Below, one piece after another: positions 25,100 through 39,668 of a stretch of DNA of 64,000 nucleotides. The DNA lies in contig OX597830.1 in NCBI GenBank assembly GCA_951406725.2, positions 40,486,001 to 40,550,000 on the forward strand, written 5' to 3'. A program made the position numbers and the translations under genes. Within the stretch, counting starts at the first letter, position 1, and each line of letters begins with the position of its first letter. This DNA is from Octopus vulgaris. Lineage: Eukaryota. The notes under the pieces were generated by a model. That model did no database searches and had not been told where the DNA came from. It worked only from the letters and a program-made list of their open reading frames with translations.

Positions 25100-26048
25100 G
25101 TTAGCAAAGATGTGTGTGCTGTAGGGCTGTCATAGCAGAACACGATTCCTTTACGATTAGCCAATTCTGGTCGTTTTTCTTTGATTGCTTCTTCCAGTTT
25201 CATTAGTTGTTAGTAGTAAACATCTGAATTGATTGTTTGGTTCCTTGGAAGCAGCTTAAATTACACAGCACCTTTGTAATCCCACCAAGCTGACAGCATG
25301 ACCTTTTTTTGAAGCAATTCAGCTTTCGATGTGGTTTGTGCTGGTTCATTACGCTTGGACCATGATCATTTTCAATTGATATTATTGTAGACAATCCATT
25401 TTTCGTCACCAGTGGTAATTTGTTTAAAAAAAAAAACACTGATTTCATTGCGTTTGAGATGCATATCGCAAATATCAGTTCATTGTGTTAAGTGAATCTC
25501 TTTCAATTTATGTGGAACCCAAATATTGAGCTCCTTAATGAATTCAAGACATTTTAAGTGGTTTTCAGTTGTTGTGTGTGATACATTTAACCTTCTCTGC
25601 AATCGCTCACACAGTTAGATGACAATCAGATTCTATTATGGCCTTGATTTGGTCATCATCAATTTCAGTAGGTCAACCAGAACACTGATCGTCTTTGAAT
25701 GAAAAATCTCCAGAACAAAATTTTTAAAACCATTTCTAACGTGCATTCTATTAAGCAATCAACACCATAAACTTCACATATCTCTTTGTGAGCTTCAGCA
25801 GCTTTCTTGCCTTTATGGAAATAAAAATGCAAAATATGGTGAAAATGTCCATTTTTGCATTCCATGTTAAAATTGACACTGAACTAACAGCTGTAAACAA
25901 AATCACACACAATTTGCTTCTAAAGTAAGTTAAAAGTAACAGATATCAAATGTCAAAAAGAAAAATCGTAACACTGACAAAAGTCAGGCAAAAAAAATCG
26001 TAACTCTATCTGTTTGGAAAAAACGTAATTACATTCTTGTCAACTTAA
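25100..26048 (-). mobile_element. mariner transposon 5' portion with decayed transposase
   Basis: TA+TIR ttaagttgacaagaatgtaattacg at 26048. MECKNGHFHHILHFYFHKGKKAAEAHKEICEVYG HTH start, WVPH and LVTKNG/TGDEKW-region remnants. Confidence 0.88.
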
Positions 26049-26334
26049 TATATATATCTGTGTATGTGTGTGTGCACGTGCGTACATGCATGGTGCTCAT
26101 CATCATTGACATGACATCCACTTTCCCATGTTTGGATGGGCTGCACAGAGAATGGTGAGGCAGATTTTCTATGAACTGATGCACTCACTATTACCAACTC
26201 TCACCAATCTTGAAACAAGGTAAACATTTCCTTATTCTCAGATATATCTTTGTGGAATATTGGACATGAATGACACTCCTTATATATCAGTGATACTCAT
26301 TTACAACTATCCCCCCCACACACACACACACAAA

Positions 26335-27300
26335 GATCCTTCGTATTGAAAACTGTACCAATTCTCTTTAGCTACCTCCTTAATTTCATTAGTATGTGGT
26401 CCTTTCCCTAAATTATTATCATTAGTTACCCTATTGTTGACCTTATTCATTATACATTTAATTTTATCCCTATTTATAGAAGTTATTCTTGTTCCTAAAT
26501 TAGGTATTGCTGAGTACAAAAATTTTACAGTAGATTTATTACAAATGGCATAATATTTGTGATACTTTGGGAAGTTAGACTGTAGAATTTTAAAAGCAAT
26601 CTAGGTAGATTCTTAACCCTAAGTGAGAAAGGAGGGGCAAACCAAATAACTTCACATATTCTGGATTTAGACTTTCTGATTGTATTTGAAGTTACAGGAG
26701 TAGAAGATTTATACTTACAATTATTATGATTATTATAGTACCTATGATTTCTCGGCCTAAAGCATATTTAATATGTGGTTGATTTGTGCTGGTATCATTT
26801 AATTGACCTAGTTCGCTTATACCTATGCTATTATTAGGATCAATATTTGCGATCTTTCTTTTTAATTTGATATCTGGTATATAGTAGATACTTTTATTAA
26901 ACTCACTTAATTTCAAGGCATTATTATATGTAGGGGCGTGTTGATTGAAGATTTCCTTGTTAGCGGATAAATTTGACACCTTAATAGAGATAGCAACTAC
27001 AATGCTATTAATAGTTAAGCTAGGGTGATTAGAGGAAACATTGATGTACTGGAGAGTTTGGTTTGGCTTTCAGTATGAGTAGTAAAGTTCCGTGTTCTGG
27101 TATAATGTTACATTGAGGAAATTAGCAGCTTTGGAGTTGATACCAAAAATGATATCAAGGTTAAAGAAATTTTTACAAAATTTCCTTCTTTACTTTTTTT
27201 TTACCCTTCAGCAGCAGGATTTGACAGATCACGTGCAATAAATAGGGCATTGTCACTATATAAACCCCCAGGGAGATTAGGGAAGCTACTTTTTATCTTT
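26335..27300 (-). pseudogene. Penelope-like element (Naiad-type) reverse transcriptase remnant
   Basis: GLYSDNALF (LYRDD), NFLNVTL, KPNQTLQYINVSSNHP, SNLSANKEIFNQHAPTYNNALK, VIWFAPPFSLRVK, TVKFLYSAIPNL. Confidence 0.8.
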
Positions 27301-27429
27301 GTGGTGCTTTTTATATGCCAGTGGTATGGGAGCCAGTTATGTGACACCAGCATCAGTCACAACTACAAGTTGACTTGGTTTGATGGGTCATCTCAAGCAC
27401 AACATATCACCAAAGATCTCACTCATTAG

Positions 27430-28955
27430 TCATTGCCCCTGTGAGGCTCAAAGTTTGAAGATCATGCTTCACCACCTCACCCCATGTCTTCCTGGGTCTA
27501 CCTCTACCACAGGTTCCCTCCACAATTAGAGATCAGCACTTCTTTATGCAACTGCTTTTGTCCATACATATCACATGATCACACAGCACAGTCGTCTCTC
27601 TTGTACACCACATCTTATGCCTCTTATATCTAACTTTTCTTTCAAGATGCTTACACTCTGTCAAATATGTACACTGACATTGCACATCCAGCGGAGTAGA
27701 CTAGCTTCATTTCTTTCAAGCCTACACATGTCTTTGGCTGTCACAGCCCATGTTTCACTGCCATATTTGTTCTGTATTGAGTTACGAAACACTCCCTCAT
27801 CACTTTCCTTGTCAGAAATTAAATGAACTAGTGAATAACCCACAGAATATATATCAAGCCTGTTCACACACAGGCATCATACCATCTGCCTTTCACTCTT
27901 AGACACATGCCCTTTGTTGCCAGCAGAGTTATGAGCTCTCTGAACTTTGCCCAGCCTAATCTTATTCTCACAGCTACACTCTCAGAGCATCCACCTCTGC
28001 TGTTAACTTGGTCACCTAGACAACAGAAGCTATTCACTACCTCTAGCTTACTCCACTAGCAGTTGATAGAGTCTACTTTCTGTACATTTTCAGTGTTTAT
28101 CGTACCTGTGCACCTTCCACGCATAAAAACTATTTTCCCTGTAAACCTTCCTCTGATATTGCTACACCTCTTATGTGTCCATAGCTTACACCAGGTACAT
28201 CATATGGAGTTTCTACCAATGCCTTCTCTACAGATCAAGCAATGCCATCTACCCGAAGGGATTTGTGATTTGTCTGCCTTCCTACTTACTAAGACTTTGG
28301 TTTTTGCTAGGTTAACTATAAGGCCCTTCAATTCTAGACCTTGCTTCCATATTGGAAACTTTTTCTCTAGTTCTGGTCATGATTCAGCTATAAGAACAAG
28401 GTCATCAGCATAGAGGAGCTCCCAGGAGCAGCCTGTCTTTGATTCCTCTGTTATTGCCTGGAGGACTATGATGAACTAGAGGGGGACTGAGAAATTGGTG
28501 AATCCCTATTTGTACCCTGAATTCTTCACTATACTTGTTGCCACCCTCACCTTACTGGTAGCATCCCTGTACATGGCTTGTAACGTTCTCACCAGCCACT
28601 TGTCTATCCCTAGTTTCCACATTGACCTCCAGATAAGGAATCAGGGGACCCTGTCAAAGGCTTTCTCCAAGTCAACAAAAGCCAAGTCCAGAGGTTTATC
28701 TTTGGCTACATATTTCTCCTGCATCTGCTTTACCAAAGATATAGCATCAGTGGTGCTTCTCCCTGGCACAAAAACCAAACTGCATCTCATCTAGACTAAC
28801 TCACTCCCTATTTGGTTGGGTTATGACCCTCTCCATAACTTTCATCATCTGATCCAACAATTTGATACCTCTATAATTATTTCTATGGTGTTGCTACACC
28901 TCTCATTGGGTATGACTCCTTCATGAACCACCTGATTTACAATATGGGTGACTAG
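27430..28955 (-). mobile_element. RTE-clade LINE fragment (RT domain to C-terminus), decayed
   Basis: Homologous to 22900-23300 and 34283-34830. LLYADDL-like ELLYADDLV motif and GSETWAVTAKDMCRLERNEASLLRWMC. Confidence 0.9.
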
Positions 28956-29590
28956 ACATACATACATACCTAAATATACACACACACACACATACATATA
29001 TGCATACCTACATAATCCATACATACCTAAATACAAACACACACACACACATACATTACATATTAATATAAGCATGTATGAACTTATATTTTTCACTTTT
29101 GTCTATTTAATAAAATTTTAATTTAAATTATCAGTGAAAAATAACAAAACCATTGAGAAAATCCACCCCCGCAAAACTAGTGTTTTATGAATAAACTCAC
29201 TTGAGATATTTGTTCTGTATTGAGTTACGAAACACTCCCATGTCACTTTCCTTGTCAGAAATGAAATGAACCAGGGATTAACCCACATAGAATATATAAA
29301 CATAAATAAAAGAATATCATACACATGTTGCACAGCCAAGAACTTAAGAGTGTTATATGCTTAGGTCTTAGGTTTCGTTCTAGAGTAAGATCATCTTATA
29401 ATTACAGGTTTATTAAAAATATATAAATATACTCTTATTACACAAAACATATGCTGTGTTGGTATATAAGGAAGGGAGGGAGGAAGGAAGGAAGGAAAGA
29501 AAGAAAGAAGGAAGGAAGGAAAACAGAAAGAATGAAAGAAAGAAAAAGAAAGTAGATCAATAGACAAATATACATATATAGACAAACATT

Positions 29591-29636
<46 letters not shown>

Positions 29637-29673
29637 TATGTGTGTATATACATTTCTCTCTCTCTCTCTCTCT

Positions 29674-29715
<42 letters not shown>

Positions 29716-30217
29716 GTGTGTGGATGTATATACATGTGTTTGTATATATGTGAGTATTTATCTTATAAATACGATAGATATACACATATACACAAACATA
29801 TGTACATACATTCACACACACATACACACAAACACATATATGCTGATACACCAATACAACATAGTTTGTACATAATATATATTAAACATACAAGAACATA
29901 ATGAATCTGTATGTTACAAAAATTACTTCCCAAATTAATGTGTAGAATATTAATTTGCTAGGAAAAAAAAAAGACAAACAAACAAAAAAAACAATATGAG
30001 CAGAAAAAAATATAATTAGAGAAAGAAGAAAAAAAGAGATTTGATGATGCTCATTAGAGTTCGTTGTTGGTATTTCAGAAATGTCGAAACTGGTACCAGA
30101 TGTCTCTTAAGAAGTGTATCGTATTCAAAGAAGGATTAAGATTTCTTCATTGGAGAAGGCTGATGCAATAGATACCAAAAGACTGAGAAACAAAAATGAA
30201 AACTGAAGCAAGATAAT

Positions 30218-30249
<32 letters not shown>

Positions 30250-30351
30250 TAATTATAATACCACAGCAAATTCTAACGAGGCAAAAATAATAACTAACGA
30301 ACGAACAAACAGAAGTAATTTGAATTATTTTCATTAGTAAGCCATGTTTTG

Positions 30352-30396
<45 letters not shown>

Positions 30397-30960
30397 CATA
30401 ACCGCATGTGCACACACACATATATGTGCACATGTATGTATGTATATATGTATATATATATATGTATATATATGTATGCATACATGTATACATATATGTA
30501 TATATATATAAATGTATGGGCATATGTGTGTGTATGTACTGGCATGGCTGTGTGGTAAGAAGCTTGCTTACAAACCATGTTTCCAGGTTCAGTCCCACTG
30601 CATGACACCTTGGGCAAGTGTCTTCTACTATAGCCTTTGGCCAACGAAAGCCTTGTGAGTGGATATGGTGGATGAAAACTGAAAGAAGCCCATCATATAT
30701 ATAAATACATGTATATATTCATATGTGTGTGTGTGTGTGTGTGTATGTTTATATCCCCATAACTGAGCAGTTTGGCAAGAGAGATTGATAGAATAAGTAC
30801 CAGGTTTTAAAAAAATGTACCGGAATTGATTCATTAGACTAAAATTCATAAAAGCAGTGCTCCAGCATGGCTGCAGTCTCATGACTGAAACAAGTAAATG
30901 AATAAAAGAATCGTATGTATGTATGTGTACGTTAAACGATGATGATGATATATATATAGA

Positions 30961-31063
30961 GCAAATAAGAAGGTGGGGAGGATATAAAATCGACAGGCAC
31001 CAGCCGGTAAACATTCAACTATGTCTACTGTAGATTTTATATCCTCTCCGCTTTCTTATTTGC
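30961..31063. repeat. Foldback: ~36-bp imperfect inverted repeat in a (TA)n-flanked insert
   Basis: 30961-30996 vs 31028-31063. Confidence 0.8.
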
Positions 31064-31255
31064 CGTATAAATTAAAGGTAAACCACTTGTTTACCCACCA
31101 CCCATATATATTACTCAATTGCGAGATTGCCATGCAATAACTAGCACTTGACTATGAATAATCAGGTACACTACCAGCAGTATATTGAATAGTTACTATC
31201 CCTTAGTTGGTTTCTCAATCTCTAACTCTCACAGAAATATATATATATATATATG

Positions 31256-31312
<57 letters not shown>

Positions 31313-34149
31313 TCCTCATCATTTAACGACTGCTTTCTATGCTGGCATGGGTTGGATAGTTTGACTGAGGATTGGCAAGCCAGAAGGTTGCATCAGGCTC
31401 CAATCCGATCTGGCAATGTTTCTACAGCTGGATGCCCTTCCTAACACCAACCACTCTGAGAGTGTAGTGGGTGCTTTTTACATGTCACTGGCACAGGAGC
31501 CAGTCAGGTGGTACTGGCATCGGCCACGACAATGACTACACTTGACCCAACAGGTCTTCGCAAGCACAGTTTATTGCCCAATGACTGAAGGATACTCTTA
31601 AAAGGGCCAGTTATGCTGCACTTGTATAGGTCATGGTTACAGTCTCACTTGGCTTGCCGGGGTCTTCTTATATATATTTATGTTCATGTTTTTGTGATTG
31701 TGTTTGTCCCCAACCACCACCCGACAATTGATGTTGGTGTGTTTATGTCCCCATTACCTAGCAGTTTCACAAAAGAGACTGATAGAATAAGTATCAGGCT
31801 TATAAAGGATAAGGCCCGAGGTCGGTTTCTTTGTCTCAAATAAAAGAAAAATGACAGTGCTCTAGCATGATTTATTCATGATCAGAGTTGTTTGAAAACC
31901 GAGGTACTACTGTATATATATATAAGAGGCATGAAGGAAGATGTGAATTCTGCATTGCAAGCTATCATGGGACATTTTTTTTATTGTATACGCTGTTTTT
32001 TTTTTTCACCTTAAATAAGGAAGCCAAACCCACCCATTGTGGGTGAGTCCATTTTGTGTCATAAGGAGCATAGAGCCAGTTTCCCAGTTTCTCTGCTGTG
32101 TATGTATTCCTCTCTGGATGGGACACCAATCTGTTGCAGGACTGCTAATTTTTAACAAACTGAGTAGACTGGAACAACATGAAACGAATGTTTTAATCAA
32201 GATCACTAAGTATTGCCTAGTCCAAGAATCGAATCCACAATCTTACAATCGCGAGTCCAACACCGTAACCACAAAGCCGTGCACTTCCATGGTACCTATT
32301 TATAATTAGGTAATCATAACAACCCAGCATTATTTCCCTTGATTCTGTGACTTAATTAATGAATGTGCTTATTGACACAAAGTAAATTTCCAAATGGTGT
32401 TCAGTGTTCAGGCAAACATCCTATAAACTCAACTTTCTTCACAACATACAGACAATTTGCAGAGAATTATACTCAAAACAAATACAAATCTTTTATAATG
32501 GGTATTAACATGAATAAAAATAGGTGGCTTTTTCTTTTTTTCGACAATATAATTTCTTTAGAAATTAAATTTTTTTTAAAATTGTTTACGCTGCTTTGAA
32601 AGGAGAAAAAGAAAATGCCTTTATTTTCTGTCCTTATCAGTTTTAGTTTTAAATTTTCATTGGTTAAATTTTGTTGACTACCAAATACATATGTGTATGT
32701 GTGTGTATGCATACAGCTTATATTCTTGCCTTTCTTTCATTGTAAATATACATATATGTATGTGCATGTGTGTGTGTGTGTGTGTACGTACACATGTATG
32801 TATGTTTATTTATATATGTATATAAATACATACACACATATAGTATTTCTTGCCATCTTCATTTTATATCTTCTTTCTACCTTGCCCCATTTCTGGGGGT
32901 TAAACATTAGTCTAATGTCACGTAATAAATTATCTTTCCAAACAACATTAATCTATAAAAGATAAGTGGGAAGATTCATAAATAAAAATTTCTTCTCTTC
33001 TTTCTTCTGCACTTATTGTTTTTACCTTTTCTTTTCTTTTCTCTCTCTCTCTCTTTTTTTTTTTTGCCATACACCTAACAGTTAAGATAATGAAAAGTGA
33101 AACATTAATGCATCCTATTACGAAACATCATTTTGTTTATTAAAGTATATTGCACAACGATGAAAACTAGCAAATATAAATAATATGAAACATATTCCAA
33201 CTAATAATAAGTAATGATTGCGATTTCTTCATGCCTGAAGATCACGAAGAAGAATGGCACGCTCTCAAGTAATTATGTTAACCAATCCTTAATGCTGCAG
33301 GCCTTTCATCCGGCCTACGCTTAGAACTTTTGAATTGAGAAACAGTTTGCACAATCCAATCCCACTCTTTATAATTGATGTTTGACTGCAGTGGCTCACC
33401 TGCGATGCCTGGCAAGCTGTAGAGTTTACAATGGAGTGGTTTTCACCTGAGTAAATTGCTTTACAAGGCTGGAGGGCTCCACCTAGTTCAGAGTTGTTGG
33501 AAGAATGTCGAGGGCACCAGATGATCTGAGGGACTCCTTTCCTTGATTTGCAGTCAAGTTTGACACCCAAAGCTTATTCCTTTCACAAGACATTCACAAA
33601 GTAGTGACGGTTTCCTTTATAACATGCCAATTATTTGCATGCTAATAATTCACAAAGCAACGAGGGTTTCTTTTATTACATGCTAATTAACCCATAGCTG
33701 GGACCTAGACAGCTACAACTAATCTGAGTCAAGGTCAGAATAGACCTGGGAAAAATAGTGGCTAAGAGTTAATTCCATACTCCTCAAAACTCATCGTCGG
33801 CGGCAGTGGTGGCAGCAGCCAGAGTCGTCATCATCATCATCATCATTCAACAATCATTTTCCATACTGGCATGGGTAGGATGGTATGCCAGGTTTGACGA
33901 CTTGACTCCAATTCTCTGTTGTGGCATGGTTTCTATAGCTGGTTACCCTTCCTAATGCTAACCAATTTACAGAGTGTGTTGGGAATTTTTTTACAATCCA
34001 CTGTAATGGGTGCATTTACATAGCATCAGCACAAGTGCATTTTATATAGCACTGGTACCTGTAAAGGACATGTTTCTAAGTATGAATGACAGGGATTTTA
34101 CAAGCCAAGCCAGCATGGAAAATCAACATATGATGATGATGATATATAT

Positions 34150-34189
<40 letters not shown>

Positions 34190-34237
34190 AACATACTTTG
34201 AAGAGGACGAATGGCATTCAATCATATAATAATATAA

Positions 34238-34282
<45 letters not shown>

Positions 34283-34286
<4 letters not shown>

Positions 34287-35240
34287 CCAAGTTAGTAGCG
34301 GAGGTGGATGCACAGAGAGTATCACCACTAGAATACGAATAGCCTGGGCAAAGTTCAGAAAGCTCCTACCCCTACTGGCAACAAAGGCCTCTCCCTCAGA
34401 GCAAAAGGTAGATTATATGATGCATGTGTGCGAACTGCCATGCTTCACGGTAATGAAACATGGGCTGTGACTGCAGAAGACATGCGTAGACTTGAAAGAA
34501 ATGAAGCTAGCATGATCCGCTGGATGTGTAGTGTCAGTGTGCACGCAAAACAGAGTGTAAGTATCCTGAGAGAAATGCTGGATATAAGAAGCATCAGATG
34601 TGGTGTGCAAGAGCGACGCTTGCGATGGTATGGTCATGTGCTGCGGATGGATGAAGAGATGTGTGAAGAAGTGCCACTCCCAAACAGTTGAAGGTATCAG
34701 GGGAGAGGTAGACCCAGGAAGACATGGGATGAGGTGGTCAAGCATGACCTCAGAGCATTGGGCCTCACTGAGGCAATGGCGAAGGACCGAGATCTCTGGA
34801 GATATGCTGTGACTACAAAGACCCGGGCTGCTTTCTGCAGCAATTCCACATACCCCCTACCCATTCTAAGTACCCCCTACCCATTCTAAGTACCCCGGAT
34901 CCCCAAAGTACCCCGGATCCCCAAAGTACCCTGGATCCCCAAAATACCCCGATCCCCAAAGTACCCGGACCTCGTTGCCCCCGTGCCGCTGACACGTTAA
35001 AATGCTCGAATCCGATCGTGACGATGCCGGACCCTCCGGCCCCTGTGCAGGTGGCACGTAAAAAGCACCCAATCCACTCACGGAGTGGTTGGCGTTAGGA
35101 AGGGCATCCAGCCGTAGAAACTCTGCCAGATTCAGACTGGAGCCTGGAGCGGCCCTGGCTTCCCAGACCGGTCAAACCGTCCAACCCATGCTAGCGCGGA
35201 AAGCGGACGTTAAACGATGATGATGATGATGATGATGATG
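34283..35240 (+). mobile_element. 5'-truncated RTE LINE with 3' UTR (18-bp tandem repeat, family C tail, (GAT)n)
   Basis: RIRIAWAKFRKLLPLL, VRTAMLHGNETWAV..ERRLRWYGHVLRM, then aagtaccccggatcccca repeats at 34850-34970. Confidence 0.92.
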
Positions 35241-35268
35241 ATATATATGTATATATACATACGCATAT

Positions 35269-35895
35269 GTACATACTTAGATCTATATGTATATATATGC
35301 ATATGTGGGCACAGGATGTCATGAAATGTGTACAGCAAAAAAGTACGAAGCACGAGTACATGGAACATGAACTATTCTTTCGAACAACAAAAGACATAAA
35401 TGAAAAACAAAGCAAACAACATAAAGGACGACCCTTCATCAGTTGTCAGATGTTTTTCTAGTCTTGTATTATGAGCATTTAACAACAATATACACTTTCT
35501 ATAAAACAGTTGCTCCCACAAAGCAAATTAAATCAAATATGGGATTTTGCAGAGGGTGAAAATAGGTAACACAAACAGGACAGTGAAAACAAACAGGAAG
35601 GGTTGCTAAGCCTAAATGAGGTTGTGGTGGTGAACACGTAAATGAAGCAAGGACAGGAGACAAGCAAGAACACGTCTTCCTTGTTCCAGCTACAAGGGAG
35701 AGAAAGAAAGAAGGATGGCCGATGGTCACATGGAAGCCATATGAGCAATTGTATCTTTCATTGTTCGAAAGAATAGTTCATGTTTCTTGTACTCATGCTT
35801 TGTACTTTTTTGTTGTACACATTTCGTGACATCCTGTGCCTACATATACATACATACATATATATATATATCTACATATAGATGTAAGTATGTAC
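35269..35895. mobile_element. PLE-like foldback insert (~130-bp inverted arms) with a partial CTGATGA core
   Basis: 35269-35402 inverted at 35746-35895. Minus-strand gacaa-CTGATGA-A-GGG at 35430-35445 has no clear GAAA partner. Confidence 0.55.
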
Positions 35896-36788
35896 ATATA
35901 TGTATGTATATATGCATATATATTCTTTTATTCTTTTACTTGTTTCAGTCATTTGACTGTGGCCATGCTGGAGCACCACCTTTAGTTGAACAAATCAACC
36001 CCAGGACTTATTCTTTGTAGGCCTAATATTTATTAGATCGGTCTCTTTTGCCGAACCGCTAAGTTACGGGGACGTAGACACACCAGCATCAGTTGTCAAG
36101 CAATGGTGGGCAACAAACACAAACACACAAATAACAAATACACGCATACATATAAGTATATATAAATATATATGTAAATGTCAGGCTTCTTTCAGTTTCT
36201 ATCAACCAAATCCACTCACAAGGCTTTGGTCAGCCGGAGGCTATAGTAGAAGACACTTGCCCAAGGTGCCATGCAGTGGGACTGAAACCGGTACCATGCA
36301 GTTGGGAAGCAAGCTTCTTACCACACAGCCAATCCTGTGCCTATACTTTTATTTTGGGTTTTGCAGTACACAATACCAGAAGTTTCAACTCAAGTCAAAG
36401 GTAACAAATTACTTCCAAATTCTTGCAAAAGCAAATGCAAAGTGTGCACCTTTGATGTAAGTCTGATGGAGTGTCACTCTAATGTCTAAAACTGCAAACA
36501 TCACATAGATTTTCACTTTGCATAAACTGGCATTGTAAGCAGAATTGGTACAGAAATAATTGTACCGAATCATTAAAGAATGCTAAAGGATTTCTTTGTC
36601 TTCATATTGTTTTGGATTATAGTTTACCCTACATTCACACCCACACAATGGTTCTATCATTGTAAAACCAGGGTTTTTACACTCAAAGAATTTTGATATT
36701 ACTCTGGAATCTGACAATGTTGATAGCCCAGAACTCAGGTTGAGTACTTCACCAGAAATACCCTGTCTTAATACCCTACTAGAACCTA

Positions 36789-36890
<102 letters not shown>

Positions 36891-37786
36891 ATGGATGGCT
36901 TGGTGGTTAGAGAGTTGGGCTCACAATCATGGGGTAGTGAGTTCAATTCTTGGACTGGGCTGTGTGTTGTGTTCTTGAACAAGACACTTTATTTCACGTT
37001 GTTCTACTTTACTCAGCTATAGAAATGAGTTGCAATATCACTGGTGTTAAGCTGTATCGGCCTTTGCCTTTATCTATCCCTTGGGTAACATTTGCGGCAA
37101 GGATAGGGGATGCTGGATCTTCCATAAACAACCTTGCCTAGTCTTGTGCCTCAGAAAGGAACTTTCTAGGTGCAATCTCATGGTCATTCATGACCAAACT
37201 GGTTCTTTACCATTATATATATATATATACATATATATACACACACATACATATATATACACACACACATATATATATATATATATATGAATATGCACAC
37301 ACACACACACCTCCATCATTCAATCTTTGATTACTAGTGAAAATAGATAAATGAAAATATATTATTAAAACAAGTCCCACGAACAACGTTGTGTTTCATC
37401 TGAAGTAGAATCGTGTTAAATGCTTTCACTTTGTAGAATCCAACCAAGTAAGACATGACAGGAAACAATTTAACAGTTGCCTTGGAAAAAAAAATTCAAA
37501 AAAAAAAAAAGAGAGAGAGAAAAAGAATCAATATCTTGTGTAAATATGTCTGTATATTTGCATAATGAAACAAGGTGACTGTAGCCAAAGGGTGCAAAAA
37601 TACAAGACTCACTTATCAGAAATATTTCAAGAAATTTCTTTCAGAAAACTTCAAATTATCAACACTATGCAAAAACAAAGACAGAAACTAAATAAATAAA
37701 TAAATAGATATAAACAAAAACTTAGAAGCAAAAGCAAAAAAAATTAAAACAACCTCTCAGAAGATAGTGGCATGTGTGTATACATA

Positions 37787-37861
<75 letters not shown>

Positions 37862-38006
37862 ATGTATATGTGTATGTATATTGGAGATGATTATTGAGGC
37901 TAATTCAGTCTAACTAACCATCCCCAGGCAACAAACAAATGCAAGGCATCATAATAAAATAGCATGCCTCTCTTGTCATAGTCAGAAAGCAGCACCAAAT
38001 TATAAT

Positions 38007-38052
<46 letters not shown>

Positions 38053-39249
38053 GCTACTGCTGCTGCTGCTACTACTAAAAATCAATATTTTTACATAAAA
38101 AAGTATATATTACATATATGTGTATATATATGTATGTATATATATATATATATATATACGTATTTTTTTCTCATGTGTCACAGAAACATGAACTTAAAGG
38201 TTGTTGCCATGTTAGATAAAGAAAGGCAAAGAAAAGAAGGGAAAACAAGGCAACAAAAGACGAAAGATTCTTTGATTCAATATTATAATTCCCTGAAGGA
38301 TTGCTGAATGCAAATAAGAATCAATTTCTATGTAAAGCCTGATTATCCAGCCGAAATAACTGACAATATACCAAAGCAAAGAGGGAGGAGTCTTTATGTG
38401 GGTTGTGCATCCTACTAGAAATAACAGTTGAATCTTACTCAAATCATACCCATGTGCCTTAAAATGAACACATTGAATAATATAGTCCAGAGTACACTAA
38501 GTACTCTATTTCTAGAAGGAAACAAAATGGTGGGGTTGCCATGTCTGGAAAGCCTTTCCTTATGCACCCAATACACTCTGTTAAGTAGTTGGCATTAGGA
38601 AGGGCATCCAGCCACAGGGAACAAGCTAAAAGGGACAATTGGAGCTTGGTGTGGCTTCTGGCCTTGCCAGTTCCTGCCAAGCCATCCAACCCATGCCATC
38701 ATGGAAAATAGATGTTAAATGATGATGATGATGATGATGATAACAAGGGTTGGTTTGACACTTAACAAAAAGGGACAATATACATTGAGGATTTCAAGGT
38801 GGCAAACCAGCAAAACTGTTAGCATGGTGGGCAAAATGCTTAGCAGCATTTCATCTGTATTCCTATGCTGAGTTCAGATTCTACCAAGGCTGATTGTACC
38901 TTTTATCATTTCAGGGTTGATAAAATAAGTACCAGTCGAACACTGGGGTCGATATAATCAACTTGACCCATCTACCCCCAAATTGCTGGCCTTGTGCCAA
39001 AATTTGAAACCAATATAAACTGAGAATTTGATAGTAAAATGGTTACTATTTCATGAGGGTCTTGTTTCTTTGTTCTTTATAAGTGCAAGCATGGCTGTGT
39101 GGTGAAGAAGCTTGCTTTGCAACAACATCGTTTTGGGTTCATTCCCTCTGCATGGCATCTTGGGCAATGTCTTCTACTGTAGTCCTGAGTCAACCAATGC
39201 TTTCAATGCCTTTAGGCTGAATTTGGTAGAGGGAAACTATGTGAAAGTT

Positions 39250-39289
<40 letters not shown>

Positions 39290-39353
39290 ACTTTTTGCGT
39301 AATAAGATGAAAAAAAACCAAGGTTGTATAGATATTAGAGCATTTATAGATAG

Positions 39354-39405
39354 GTCTTACAGCTGTTTCTAGGAAATTTATTAATTATATCCCTTCATCG
39401 GAGAC
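39354..39405 (-). ncRNA. Type-I hammerhead-like motif with palindromic stem III
   Basis: GTCT-CCGATGA-A-GGGATAT..ATTTCCT-A-GAAAC AGCT GTA-AGAC: stem I GUCU/AGAC, palindrome ACAGCUGU, GUA cleavage triplet. Confidence 0.7.
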
Positions 39406-39668
39406 GGTGTGAGAGGATGGTTAAGTCATAATTAGTTTAGATGTGATACAAATATAAAACATAACGAAGCTACCAAGAAAAACTTCATAAATACATGCAA
39501 CTGAGTTTTTCTTGGTAGCATAATGTTTAAACATTCAAGATGAGTCATGTTTTGATTTTCTCCCTTAATATAATTGTATATATATATATAATTATCAATT
39601 ATATATATAAATATATATATATAAATTAAGAAATTGAGTCAAACACAAGTATTGTTCAAATCTTTATA

